A DNA stretch of 33,158 bases. Origin: Spizellomyces punctatus DAOM BR117. Taxonomy: Eukaryota. Location of the stretch: NCBI GenBank assembly GCA_000182565.2, contig KQ257458.1. One strand, written 5' to 3'. Made by a program: the position numbers and the translations under genes. Positions 1-11,596 of this stretch are shown here, piece after piece (the first letter of the stretch is position 1; every line of letters starts with the position of its first letter). The notes under the pieces are model-generated. The model saw only the letters and a program-made list of their open reading frames with translations. It was not told the DNA's origin and made no database searches.

Positions 1-618
1 TATTTTGGATCATTACACTCCGAAGATAAATACAAACAAGTTTAAAATTTAAGTCTCTGTGCATGATCTGTATTTGCATATATTAAATATATTCTTGTCT
101 CAAAGTAAAAGAATTTGATTATCATCGACGCAAGCTGTAGACTCTGTGGAGGTGTTTACGTGAGTGGGAGTGGGGTGGACGTCAATTTCATGCAACGTCA
201 CCAATCAGATCTATTTCACACGGACTTTGCGAACATATCAATTGAACAATCATATTGGTGCTAGACTCTTTTTTCCTCCTGCCTTTCAGTCATTTACTTG
301 CAACGGCGGGCAAAAGGAAAACATTAGAAACATTCACACTCATTGGGACAAGTCAATATTCACCTGTCAAGCGGGTTGAATTGAATTATAGGTATGAAGC
401 GGAGGTATGTGATTCACCTTAAATCGACGATAAACCTGATGACTCGGTTTCAATTGATGAAAGAGATGGGTCAAATGACACTGTCTCACTTGGTGAGGGC
501 TTGGTACTCCTGGCTGAACGATTATATATTGTCGCTGGACTCTTTCCTCTTCCTCGCCTTTCAATCATCTGTCATTAGACTCTTTTTCTTCTTCCTGCCT
601 TCTCAATCATTTATTTAT

Positions 619-1170
619 ATGGCATCAGAATCATAATCAGAATCTGAACCATTTCGTTTCTGGGACTCACCAGCTGGCCAGCGACAGAGGTTCTCAGCAG
701 GCAGAGGAAGGATGTGTATGAATGTCATCCAGACGGCCAAACTTGTTTGATTCTCATATTTCCATTTCATAAAACAGCCAGACGGCGTGCAACCGCCGGA
801 TCAACCATCGGAATCGTGCCGAGCAAGGTATGTTCCAGCATAATGTTTGTCCACTGAGTGAGTTGACATTTGGGTTTGTTTCATGTCACCAGCTATATTG
901 ACGGAAATCCGCAACCAAACGGGCCGGGAGGGGAAATGGTACCCAAAGCCGCTTTTCAAGCTGTTCGGCAAATAGCTGAACAGCGGAGGGGTCAACCTCC
1001 AAATACCAAACACCGTTCTTGAGGTAAAGCATCATTGTGACATGACATGCATTGTATGGCGTTTTGGTTCCCTAAACTTTTTGTATTTTTGGATCATTGT
1101 GCACAGACGCTTCAGCTGATGAGCGAAGGCTTTATGGTGGCCTTCTTGGAAACTCGAACCTCCTCGCCCT
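619..1170 (+). pseudogene. Divergent histone H3-like gene copy 1 (frameshifted, early stop)
   Basis: Splicing GT-AG introns 828-892 and 1024-1106 and allowing small frameshifts gives RINHRNRAEQ/AILTEIRNQTGREG.MVPKAAFQAVRQIAEQRR.VNLQIPNTVLE/TLQLMSEGFMVAFLE.SNLLAL, colinear with H3 [76 protein letters not shown]. The putative ATG at 619 is followed by an in-frame TAA, so the 5' boundary is uncertain. Confidence 0.7.
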
Positions 1171-1171
1171 G

Positions 1172-1450
1172 CCCTATCGAGAATCCGCAACCGGAAGGGC
1201 GAGAAGGGGAAAGCAGCGATCCCGAAAGCTGCCTTCGAGAGCGTTTGCCGGGGAGGTCTTAACGTAAGTACCATTGTGAATTGAATGAAAGCTTTTGTAT
1301 GGCTTTTGGTATCCTAAAATTTGTATTTTTGGATCATTGTGCACAGGGGCTTCAACTGAGCGAGGGATTTATGGTCGTAATTTCTGGGAGGTTCAAATTT
1401 GCTCGCTGAACACTGTCGCTGCCGGACGATACAGCATCGGAAGGATGATA
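1172..1450 (+). pseudogene. Divergent histone H3-like gene copy 2 (internally deleted, frameshifted)
   Basis: RIRNRKGEKGKAAIPKAAFESVCR, intron 1264-1346 (homologous to 1024-1106), then GLQL-SEGFMVV.FLGGSNLLAEHCRCRTIQHRKD, resembling H3 alpha2-L2-alpha3 ([33 protein letters not shown]). Confidence 0.65.
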
Positions 1451-1455
1451 AATCA

Positions 1456-1524
1456 TCATTCTTTCGCTTGCTCTACAGTTCGGCGGCGACAGTGTTCGGC
1501 GAGGATATATGCATCTGTAAATTG
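1456..1524 (-). pseudogene. Inverted histone H3-like C-terminal fragment running into the gap
   Basis: Minus strand reads QFTDAYILAEHCRRRTVEQAKE*, homologous to LLAEHCRCRTIQ (copy 2) and [15 protein letters not shown] (2073-2361). Confidence 0.6.
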
Positions 1525-1525
1525 T

Positions 1526-2070
1526 NNNNNNNNNNNNNNNNNNNNNNNNNNNNNNNNNNNNNNNNNNNNNNNNNNNNNNNNNNNNNNNNNNNNNNNNNNN
1601 NNNNNNNNNNNNNNNNNNNNNNNNNNNNNNNNNNNNNNNNNNNNNNNNNNNNNNNNNNNNNNNNNNNNNNNNNNNNNNNNNNNNNNNNNNNNNNNNNNNN
1701 NNNNNNNNNNNNNNNNNNNNNNNNNNNNNNNNNNNNNNNNNNNNNNNNNNNNNNNNNNNNNNNNNNNNNNNNNNNNNNNNNNNNNNNNNNNNNNNNNNNN
1801 NNNNNNNNNNNNNNNNNNNNNNNNNNNNNNNNNNNNNNNNNNNNNNNNNNNNNNNNNNNNNNNNNNNNNNNNNNNNNNNNNNNNNNNNNNNNNNNNNNNN
1901 NNNNNNNNNNNNNNNNNNNNNNNNNNNNNNNNNNNNNNNNNNNNNNNNNNNNNNNNNNNNNNNNNNNNNNNNNNNNNNNNNNNNNNNNNNNNNNNNNNNN
2001 NNNNNNNNNNNNNNNNNNNNNNNNNNNNNNNNNNNNNNNNNNNNNNNNNNNNNNNNNNNNNNNNNNNNNN
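1526..2070. other. Assembly gap
   Basis: Run of N. Confidence 1.
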
Positions 2071-2072
2071 GA

Positions 2073-2361
2073 AACGTTTGTCGGGAGATCTTTGAGCAAC
2101 AAGGAGGAGCTGACCTCGATATTCAACAAAGCGCTTTCGACGTACGTAGTCATGTGTGAATTTGAATGAAAAGCTTTTGTATGGCTTTTTTGGTATCCTA
2201 AAATGTTGTATTTTTGGTATCATTGTGCACAGGCCCTTCAGTTAGCGGGCGAGGCCGTTGTGGTTGGATTCATTAAAGATGCGTATATGCTTGCCCAGCA
2301 TTGTCGCGACCGCACTGAACAGCAGCCGGAGGGTGGGGACAGTGGTGAAGCTAATGAATGA
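2073..2361 (+). CDS. Divergent histone H3-like protein, 3' part (exons 2073-2141, 2233-2361; 5' end in gap)
   Basis: Spliced frame is uninterrupted: [65 protein letters not shown]. Phase-0 intron GTACGT(2142)...CACAG(2232) at the same position as in the other copies. May also be a pseudogene since alpha3 looks degenerate. Confidence 0.7.
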
Positions 2362-3527
2362 TTGTGAGGAAATTTAAACATCTGCTAATGATATGCATAT
2401 GTATATACGATGTGTATTTTTGTTTCGAAGTAAAAGAATTGATTTGCTATCGCTTTGTGATTTGGAAACGTGTGGTTTCGAGTATTTATGTGGGAGGCAA
2501 CCCTCACCCTCGGGGCAAAATTTTAACTCTGTCCATTGAACGGGGCGGTAATGTTAAGTGACAAACTCTTTTTGTTCCAATTGTGAGGGCCCCGACGCAT
2601 AACCCGATTCCGCAAAGATTCAAATCCACATACCAGTCAGACATGAACTTTCTTTAAAACATCATTTTCAAAATGAATCGAACATCTTGATTGTCAATAA
2701 TAACTTTTGCGACCTTGTCACCATAGCTCGTCATCATCACTCTATAACCTGAGCATACAAGTCGTTAATTAAACAAGCCAGACCAAGCCAAATGGAATGA
2801 AAACTCACTCCGAAAAGTCAATAATACGATTCTCCTGCATCACGTTACAGTACATCCTATCTAGCTCCCTGGTTTACTAGAGAAGCACCAATTCCAGAAA
2901 TGTTTACGCCGCTTGTAATGACAGTCCCATTTGCCCTTTGTTAACACCATTCATGACACAGGCACGGAGAATCTTTGTCGCTCAAATGACGATTTTCAAC
3001 CAGGTATTTTGAATAATTCGTCCTGAAAGTATAGCAACGTCACGGCATTTGAGGTGTAGTAACCACATAACCCATCGTGAAAACCCTGCTGATAACACGG
3101 CATGGTGTCAATCGTTGTAACATGCAACGGTAGTAAGTTGCCGAATCTCCTAATGCGCGTACCACCAACTTCAAGTTCCCCGATGAGGTTTTACTTTCCT
3201 TTCCAGGCAATCTTGGACTTGACTACAGTAGTAACACGGTCATACTTTCAGAAAAGATGTGCGTTGGCAGTATAATGAGGATGGAGGGGGTTTAATGTAC
3301 ACTACAAGGTTGTTATCTGGGAGTTTTGTTCTTGCGCCTGTAACCCTGGATATTAGATAACGATCATTCCATTTGATAAACAGGTTCTGTGAATTGAATC
3401 CCAAGTGACGATCTTGGTTTTTTCTGATCGGTATGACAATTCCAGTACTGTCCCAAATACGTTCAACAGAGGACACCGCAAATTACTGTATCAAGTAATG
3501 AAGTACAGTGGCAGTAACGAAAACAAC

Positions 3528-3599
3528 GGCTCAGTGGTTTAGTGGTATAATACCCGCTTAGGGTGCGGGTGGTCCCGGGTTCGATTCCCGGCTGAGCCC
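3528..3599 (+). tRNA. tRNA-Pro (anticodon AGG)
   Basis: Acceptor stem GGCTCAG/CTGAGCC, anticodon arm CCCGC-TTAGGGT-GCGGG, T arm CCGGG-TTCGATT-CCCGG, oligo-T Pol III terminator at ~3621; no intron. Confidence 0.97.
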
Positions 3600-4019
3600 C
3601 TATGCACTCGATATGCTTTATTTTTTTTCTCCAACACTATACCTGAATTTTTTTTTTGTACATTCCCATCATCTTGTCAATATCAAACATTTGTTTTTTG
3701 ACGTTGGTACTGGTTGTGAATGTGGTTTTCTTTCGTTTTTTTTTACGAGACGAGGGTTTTATTTTTTTGGTGGGTTGTTTTTTGGATGTGGAGGTTTTTT
3801 GGGGTGCGGGTATCAGGGTCGATTGGCGGGTAGTGGTAGCATGCGTTGGTTTTTAAAAGGGGGGTGTATGTCAAAACTGATATACATTTTAAGAATAACA
3901 TGGAACCTTTTGGGGTTCACGGGTGCTTTTTTTATGATGCAAAAGTGGGCCAGAGGGCATTGCAGTTGTTACAGATATCTAAATAGAACTATTCTGGCGA
4001 TACAGATTATTCTTTCCTT

Positions 4020-5330
4020 TTTTGACTCGCATTTTGAATTGTTCGAGGTGTTGCGCTGGGGCTGCCTTCCATCGCTGAATCGCTGTCATTTTCTGATGGC
4101 CGTTTTGGGAGGCATTGCCGCGACGTTTGCGGTAGGCACTGCAAAAGTATGCAACTCTAGAGAGGGATTGAGTGCTGGTATTGGGTCGAGAGAGAGTGGC
4201 TTTTGGAAAGCGCTCCTGCCTTTTCCGGGAGAGATATTCAAACCTCGACGTAGTTCTTTCGCGTTGGGCGATGGGTCTTGGGGGTTGGGAGAAAGCAAGC
4301 TGATATTACTAGGGTGACAAGTCCCCCCTCCCCTCGTTAGTGGATATATCGTCTCGAGCCTACTGCCCAGGATAGGGTTTTACCCACCCTGCGGGGCAGG
4401 CGGGTGTAAATTGTTGAGCAATATGTGCTGTGCGCAAAAGTTTGTGCGTGCGCAGAGTTTTTATCGATAATGACATCTGCGAGAGTGCATGGTCACTAAA
4501 TCTCAAGTCCAAGGGGGGCTCGCAATTGGAAGAATTCGGATTTGTACCAACACTAGAGCGAAATTAAACGGCTTTACAAGGTTTTTGCTGAGTGTTAGGG
4601 AGCTCCCCTGTCCTTTAACTATCATGAGTAGCAAACGATTCGTAAATTGATAGAGCGGTTTTTTTGCGTTGGGCGATGGGTCTGGGGGGTGGGGGGAAAA
4701 CAAACTGATTGTTGCTCGGGTGACAAGTCCCACCTAGGTGTACGTATCGCTCTGGTACGGTCTCGGGTGGGTTAAACCCAACCCTGTATAGCCATCATCG
4801 CCCACTAGTGGGCGGCATCGGCATCTGAAGATAGGTAGTAGAGGCGGAGAGGAAGTAGGAAAAGATGACATGTACAATCGTGGCCAACCTAGTTTTAAGT
4901 TGTTTTAAAAAAAAAAGGATATCAAGCAATAGTAAATAAATGTTGGTAAAAACTCGTTTACCTTTTTGACTCGCTTTTTGGTTGTCCGAGGTGCACGGGT
5001 TGAATCGCTTGTCATTTTTCTGATGGTGATCGGCTCTAGCTTTTATTACTTGTAAAGAGGGAAGGGTCGATCAACAGGCGGAGGATCTCTGATGTTAGTG
5101 TGTGGTAGTGTGTGGAAGAATTCGGATTGTCCAATGGCCACAAGGTTTGCGGAAAGAGGCGAGAAGATCCAGTCTTTTCAACATGTCACGATTCAACGCA
5201 TCAATAAGCTTGACGTACAGCGCGTTGGGCGACGGGTCGTTCCCCTTCTTGTTGACGGGCATGACACGAGAGAGAGACCGAGTAGGGTGGGGAAAGCAAG
5301 TTGATGTTGGTCGGGTGTTTCCCCGCTTTG
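4020..5330. repeat. Decayed direct-repeat family (2-3 copies of several modules)
   Basis: GCGTTGGGCGA(T/C)GGGTC...GGGTG module at ~4260-4328, ~4666-4731, ~5222-5324; TTTGACTCGC...GAATCGCT..CATTTTCTGATGG at ~4021-4099 and ~4965-5026; TGGAAGAATTCGGATT at ~4528 and ~5113. Confidence 0.7.
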
Positions 5331-6817
5331 GTGTAAGTAGTGCCCTGGGTCTACGTGCCCAGAGTGGGGTTAGGGGGGGTTTTTTTTAAAATAGACGAAA
5401 TGTGTTGCTTAAGGTTATTTGCGTCGTGTTATACAATTTGATGGGATGGTTAAACTATAAATTTATAAATAGTTGCGGTTGTTTTTTCTGTCTGTTGCAA
5501 AGATATGGAAAACACTGGTAAAATAGAAGGATGAAAAACCACATGGACAAATTATACATTTTGTTTTTATATTTTAATAATTAATGGTGGAAATCTAGGT
5601 ATTTCATTTCGACGTCTAATCATTCAGTTTACGCTTTTGAATGAATGATATGGATTTTTATAATGTGTAAACCTCGATCCAAGGGAAAAAAAGTCTTGAC
5701 CCATTATTTTTCAAAAGATTTGGTTTTATTTTGATATTAACTGGGTTTTTTATATAAACCAATAAAGAGCGGCAAGTTCAATATAAGAACCACAAAAAAA
5801 CCAAAACCAGCAAAAACGAACAAAAAAAACACACACACACAAATAGGCTCGTCTGTCCATTTTGGCCCCTCTTTTATGGCATTCAACCTTTACAAAACGA
5901 GTGTATGTCAATACCATATAACAGTCCCTCCATGACTGACATTCCCTTCTCCAAGTTGACTATGACAAAAGTTTTCATGGATAACAAGGATCTATGACCA
6001 CTCTCGACAAGTTCTTATTCGACTTGTAAGTTACGAAATTGGATGACGAGAAAGAGTTTGACTCATCGGACTGGGTTCCAAAGATGGTCCTTACGGGCTG
6101 TAAACGCACACAAGTTTCCGCACGTCAGATCTATACTACCGAGGAAATGTTTTATTTGAATTGGTTACTGCCCAATTGATTCGTTTAAAAGGGATATATT
6201 CACAAGATTAGTTTTCGAATTTTTGGGAAATGGTTCCTCCAAGTGCGAAAATACAATGACGTATCCAACAAAAATGGGGGATACAAACATAATCATTAAC
6301 AAAAAGTTTCTGGTACCCATATTAGGATTCTGGATTTCAAAAAAAAAAGGTACAAGGGACTTAGAGTGGATGTTGCTGCGGTGCTAGGAACTTGGGAATC
6401 CGATGTTGATTCGCGGAACGAGTGGATGCGGGTGTGTTGTCGGGATGGGGATGTTGAGGTTTGGTTAAATTTGCAAAGGTGTAGTGTTTGGGGTGTGTGT
6501 GTATCGTTTTATCGAGGGTGGAGAGTTGAGAGCGCGGTGGTTTTTGTTGATTTGGAATGGTGGAAAAGTGGTGTGCCATGTTGTACAGTTGATTCCCTTA
6601 TGAGTTATCATGTCCAGGTGTACTGTACACTGCATAATGGAAAAAACATATTGCATTCATGCGCCTTGGAATGCATCGCAGTCGAGAGCGAGTTGCAAAA
6701 CGTGTAATACGTATATTAAAAAAAAAGTAAAACAAAAAAAGCATAATGCAAAACCTCAACTAACATCCCCATAAATACATTCAAGAACCGAAAGAGGGGG
6801 AACCAGCCTCCAAGTTT

Positions 6818-9101
6818 CTATTCTTTAGCAAACCAAACCACAACAGACATGCCCAACACCGCCGAAACAATCGTACCAATCAGTGCGATAATGCCTTTTG
6901 TCTCAAATTTGCCAGAAAGGTTATGCGGTCCATCAGGGGCACCCGTTAAATCCAACCCCTGTTTACCAGCAGCGTTTCCAGAGATGGGTTTCCCCAAAGC
7001 AGCACACTGAGATCCAACATACGATGGTGGGGTGATTGTTTTCTGCATTTCAAGGGGAGCTTCAATGAGTGTTGCGACGAGACCGACTTCCATGTGCCAT
7101 TGAATGTGGCAGTGGAAGAGCCAGACGCCGGGGTTATCGGATCGGAAGCGGATAACGGCTGAACCGAATGCGGGGATTTGGACCGTGTCGCGTCGGATGG
7201 GGTTGGGTTGGTCTGGGATGGGTTGGGTGGGGTCGTAGCGTTGCTCGCTTCTATAAACGATTTGGAAGCGGTGTCCGTGGAGGTGGACTGAACGGTAAAA
7301 TTGAGTCACGAGTTCCACATGCAAGAACAAAACAAGTAGTGACAACTTACAGGGGTGAGACCCGCCATCATCGTTATTCACCACCAACTGAATCATCTTG
7401 TTGTGCTCCAATACAATGGCATTGGTTTGCTTGCCGTAAATAGCGGGGTTCGTAGCGTCCTGTCCCGTCGTCAGAGCGGAAAGCATGGTCGGTGTAAGGG
7501 GTGCGACATAGGTATTGTTGTTGAACTGGCCGTGGTTGATACCGTCGTCGAGGACACCGAGGAACACGTTTAGATCGTGGGACACGTCGGGGGCGACAGA
7601 GGCCTCTTTGACGAGGGGGGCAATGGTCAAGTCGTCGAGGACCTCGGTGGAGGGTGGTGGAGCGTCGGATGTGGGGGCGGTGGGAGAGTACTCGATGAGA
7701 GCCGTCAAGTCTAGAAAATGTGGGTTTTAGTATTTGTTGGTTGCGAGTACCACACATGGTATTTACTCACTCAGATTCAGTGTAGGAGGAATCAGAGCAA
7801 ACATGCTATCATCCATCTTGATGGCCACATTATAATTCATATCGGTCGCGTTTTTCGCCTTGACCAACACCGAGTACCTCTGCGCAACGCCAATCTCAAT
7901 GTTTGACGCCGTCTTGGGTTCCGTGTCTACGCCATCGACTTCAATCACCTCCATCTCATGCCCGCCAATGCCCATGGTAAACATTGGGAAACCCGCCATG
8001 TTGATGACGCGGATGCGGTATGTTTTGTTGGGGATAAACGTCATTTTGGGGACATAGTCGGTTCCGTTCATGATGTGGACGATGCCAGAGTTGGGTGGGG
8101 GTTCGACGCCGCGGACGTTGAAGATGCCTCCATAGTCTTTCATGACCGTGTCATATTCATCGTGGTACCAGTCTGGCAAATGCACAGGTGAGTTGGGTTA
8201 GCTGAGAGTGCAAGCGAGATGTGTACGTGTGATGTATGCCCAACCAGAAATCTCATCGCACCGACATGCATGAATTTCCATGCATTCCCAGCCGAACACC
8301 AACCAGTGATATCCAAACGCCTGCAAGACAAACAATATCCCTGTCCCAACGAGTAAGGCGGCGCACGCCCACACTGCGATTTCCCTTGCGCGATTCTCCC
8401 AACCATCATCCAACTCTTCACGAAATTCCCTGGGCGATTCTCCCAACCATGATCTCACTCTCTCCCCCGTCATGACCACACACACGCCTACCCACCATGA
8501 AGGATAAGAGTGTATTCGTGATCGTATTTGGCGAGTTGGGCGGTTGGCGGAGGGTTGATAATGAGCGCACCGCGGAAACCATCGAGGTACTGTCCTCGAA
8601 CGTGAGCATGGTACCAATAGGTTCCCCACTGTTGCAGAGGGATTTCGTAGGTAAAGTTTGATCCTGGTGGAATTCCACTAGTTTCAATATTAGCATGTGA
8701 TTCTTGAAAAGAAACCGTAAGTCTTTATTACCATTGAGTGACGCCAGCAGCACCGTCAAAGTAGTTTGTCTTGTTGAAAAACATGCCGTGAGAGTGGAGT
8801 GCCGTGGGCACATCCAACGAATTGCGCTTGGAAAACATACTTAGCAACACTTTGGAGAATATCAAATGCTACACGGTTAACATACCACATTGATGACCAA
8901 AGTATCGTTGTAGTTTGCAATGAGTTTTGGTGGAGGCCATTTCCCATTGACACCAATGACCCTACGAGCAAAGTGACCGTCTGCATTCACGTTCTGAATG
9001 TATCCAATATCCAGATCATAGCGAACAATGGCTGCTGATGCCGTTGAAATCAGTAGTAGCAGCAGACATGATAGTGAAGATAATGAAGATGGCAGATGCA
9101 T
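6818..9101 (-). CDS. FET3: Multicopper ferroxidase (Fet3/FetC-like), 6 exons, 574 aa
   Basis: Exons 9101-8886, 8826-8732, 8677-8496, 8172-7771, 7710-7351, 7287-6818, all GT-AG and in phase. Signal peptide; Cu motifs HSHG, WYHAH, HPFHLHGH, WLFHCHIQWHMEVGL; Fet3-like acidic sites (GVEPPP, MDDSMF, DGGSHP); C-terminal TM helix; head-to-head with FTR1. Confidence 0.95.
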
Positions 9102-9771
9102 CGTGCCGAGTGTGTGTGTGTGCAAGTGTGAAAGAGCGAGTGTGAAAATGCGTGAGATCTCTATTTAAAAACCTTTAAAAAATAAAAAAAATAAAAAGCG
9201 GGAATGTCCATCCAAACAAAAACAAGAGAGAGATGTAGTAAAAAGTAAAAAGCTTAAACTTTCACTCCGTTCCGAACACTCGTAGTAATAAAGGAATAGA
9301 AATGATTGGATAACCCATTCCGATCAACTATAACATGACTGTGCCATAAGAGATGAAAGTGACACATTACGAGTCATTTCTGTGTATGGGAAAAGGGAGA
9401 GTGTATGTAGGGAATAAGAACCCTATGGGGGGATAAGAACCCTATGGGGAAGAGAGAGAGAGAGAGAGAGATCTCACACACACACACAACAGAGAGAGAG
9501 AGATTTCCCTTTTAGTTTCTTCTTCTCTCCTCTGCAATGACTCACTCTCTCTTTCCATAAAAGGAAATTTACTCTTAAGGAATTCACATCCAATCACATT
9601 TCATTCTCTCTCTCCCCGTCTGTTCCGCTTTGACTTTGAGTTTTAACTCTCTCCCGATCTCTCTTTATTTTTTTTTATTATTTCTTGTTTTATTATTTAT
9701 AGATAACTCTGTTGGATTTCCCCTCCTCTTCCTTCTCCTACCTACCTTCCTTCTTGACTCTTTCAACAACG
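9102..9771. promoter_or_regulatory. Bidirectional promoter region of FET3/FTR1
   Basis: 670 bp between divergent ATGs; (GA)n/(CA)n tracts ~9451-9502; exact 17-bp direct repeat ATAAGAACCCTATGGGG at 9414-9430 and 9433-9449; CCAAT on both strands. No binding site is established. Confidence 0.7.
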
Positions 9772-10971
9772 ATGGGATCAGTGTTTTCAGTTCCCACCTT
9801 TTTTGTTCTCTTTCGAGAGACAACAGAGGCTGCTCTCATCATTTCAGTCTTGCTGACATTCTGCAAGCAAATGTTTGGAGATGATCCTCTCATGCTCAAG
9901 CGATTAAACAAGCAGGTAAGAGTTTTATGTACATGTGTTTTTGCTACTGCTTGCTGACCTTGTTTGCACCACCAGATCTGGATGGGAACGGGTCTGGGCT
10001 TGCTCGTTAGTATTGCGATCGCGGCCGGCATCATTGGTGCATGGTACGCCATCTCGGAAAACCTTTGGGAGTCGCGCGAACTCGTCTGGGAAGGCACACT
10101 GGCCATCATTGCCTGTGTCATCATCACCATTGTCGGCATCACCATGCTCAAATCCTCTCGCAAGGGGCATCAGGAGAAATGGAGGAGAAAACTACTAAAG
10201 GAAATGGCTAGGCATAATCAGGCTCCTCAGGACACGGATTCGGAAGGTCTCTCGACCAATGCAACATCCCAAGCAACCCTTCAACCACTACCACAAGAAC
10301 AACAACAACGACCAGCTTCCACTCACTGGTTTGCTCGCATTGCCCCCAAAGCCTACGAAAAGCTCTCGTCAGAAAAGTACGCCCTCTTTCTCATTCCCTT
10401 TATTACCATCCTCCGTGAAGGCATTGAGGCAATCATTTTCATGGGCGGCGTCGGTCTCACCGAACCCGGCAAATCCATTCCTCTCCCCGCCATCACGGGC
10501 ATCCTTGTTGGGGCTCTTGTCGGGTTCATTACCTACCGCACGGGTTCCCGCGCCTCCCTCCAATGGTTCTTTATCGTCTCGACGTGTCTCTTGTTTCTCA
10601 TTGCCGCTGGATTACTGGCACGTGGTATCCTCTCGTTTGAAACCAATGCTTGGATGAAAAAAGTCTTGTACAATACCGGTGGAGGCGACGAGGGTGGACC
10701 CATTCCTATTGATTTGCGCGACAATGTATGGTATTTGAACTGTTGCGGCGCCAAAGAAAATGGCTGGACCATTTTCAATGCGATTGCAGGGTGGTCCAAT
10801 ATCGCCACAAAGGGGAGCATTACCGGGTATTGCTTGTATTGGATCGTGGTCAGTGGGTGGTTGATTAGTGTCAAGACGAGGGAGCAAAAGCTGGCCAAGC
10901 GGGGCGATGTCGATGAAATCAAAGTGACGACGACAGGGTCCCAAAAGGGGAGCCGAGTCGACATTGAGTGA
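9772..10971 (+). CDS. FTR1: High-affinity iron permease (Ftr1 family), 2 exons, 379 aa
   Basis: Exon 1 9772-9915 (MGSVFSVPTFFVLFRETTEAALII, first RExxE), intron 9916-9975 (GTAAGA...GCTGAC...CAG), exon 2 9976-10971 with ELVWEG, second RExxE (LREGIEA) and multiple TM segments. Confidence 0.96.
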
Positions 10972-11596
10972 GGGGAGCCGAGTGGAGTGAGGAAATCTAC
11001 GAGAACGCTTCTAGTGCTAGCACTGCAGGCGAGGACAAAGTGCACACACCGCTTGTAAACGGGAGGCGTTGCATGCAACTGCAAAAACTACACACACACA
11101 CGAATTTCCTTTTTTTTTTTTTTTGTTCTTTTAATAATATCTATATATATATGCGTTTTTGTATATATTCAACAACAAGCAACCGCCTTTTGCACATGCT
11201 CACTCATTAAACAGTTTGTTTTTGGGTATTCCGCACCATTGAGGGCATGGAAATTCATCCAATAAAATGTGTATACACATCGTGGATGCACGTAAGAATT
11301 GGTGATGGTAAACTGTGTTTTGATGCAAGAGTGTATTTTGCAATGCAGTATGGCGGTAGTTCTTGAAAGGTGGCAGGGTGGGTCAATTGGTTCCTTTTTT
11401 GAAAGTCGAATACCTGGATATTTTTGTGGATTCCATGATAAAACAGGCGCAACTTGCAAAAAATATCGAATACCCGTATCGAACATTTTTTGGAATTCCG
11501 TTTTCACCATCTACTCCCCCACCAAGAGTGTAACCATCCCCATCTATCAACATATGTGCATATGTTTTGCCGACACTACTCACTCTTGCCTCACCT

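Noticed and set aside
1295-2223. Long ORFs of 226-266 aa in the track
   Set aside because: Artefacts of reading through the N gap.
1024-2232. Repeat-spacer-like pattern suggesting a CRISPR-like array
   Set aside because: The repeats are GT-AG introns of 83-91 bp and the intervening sequences are homologous H3-like exons; eukaryotic context and no cas genes.
2590-3480. Possible minus-strand gene relic with an intron at ~2749-2808
   Set aside because: Multiple stops and no recognisable motif; a product cannot be supported.
3613-4317. 234-aa ORF
   Set aside because: F/G/L-rich low-complexity translation of T/G-rich DNA overlapping decayed repeats.
5360-5385. Telomere-like GGGTTAGGG
   Set aside because: Single unit, no array.
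8173-8495. Long FET3 intron with internal repeat GCGATTCTCCCAACCAT (x2) as a possible MITE or extra exon
   Set aside because: No TIR or TSD found; the flanking exons join in frame without it.
9300-9710. GATA and CCAAT sites as iron-regulatory elements
   Set aside because: Only short matches expected by chance; no extended ATCWGATAA-type site seen.
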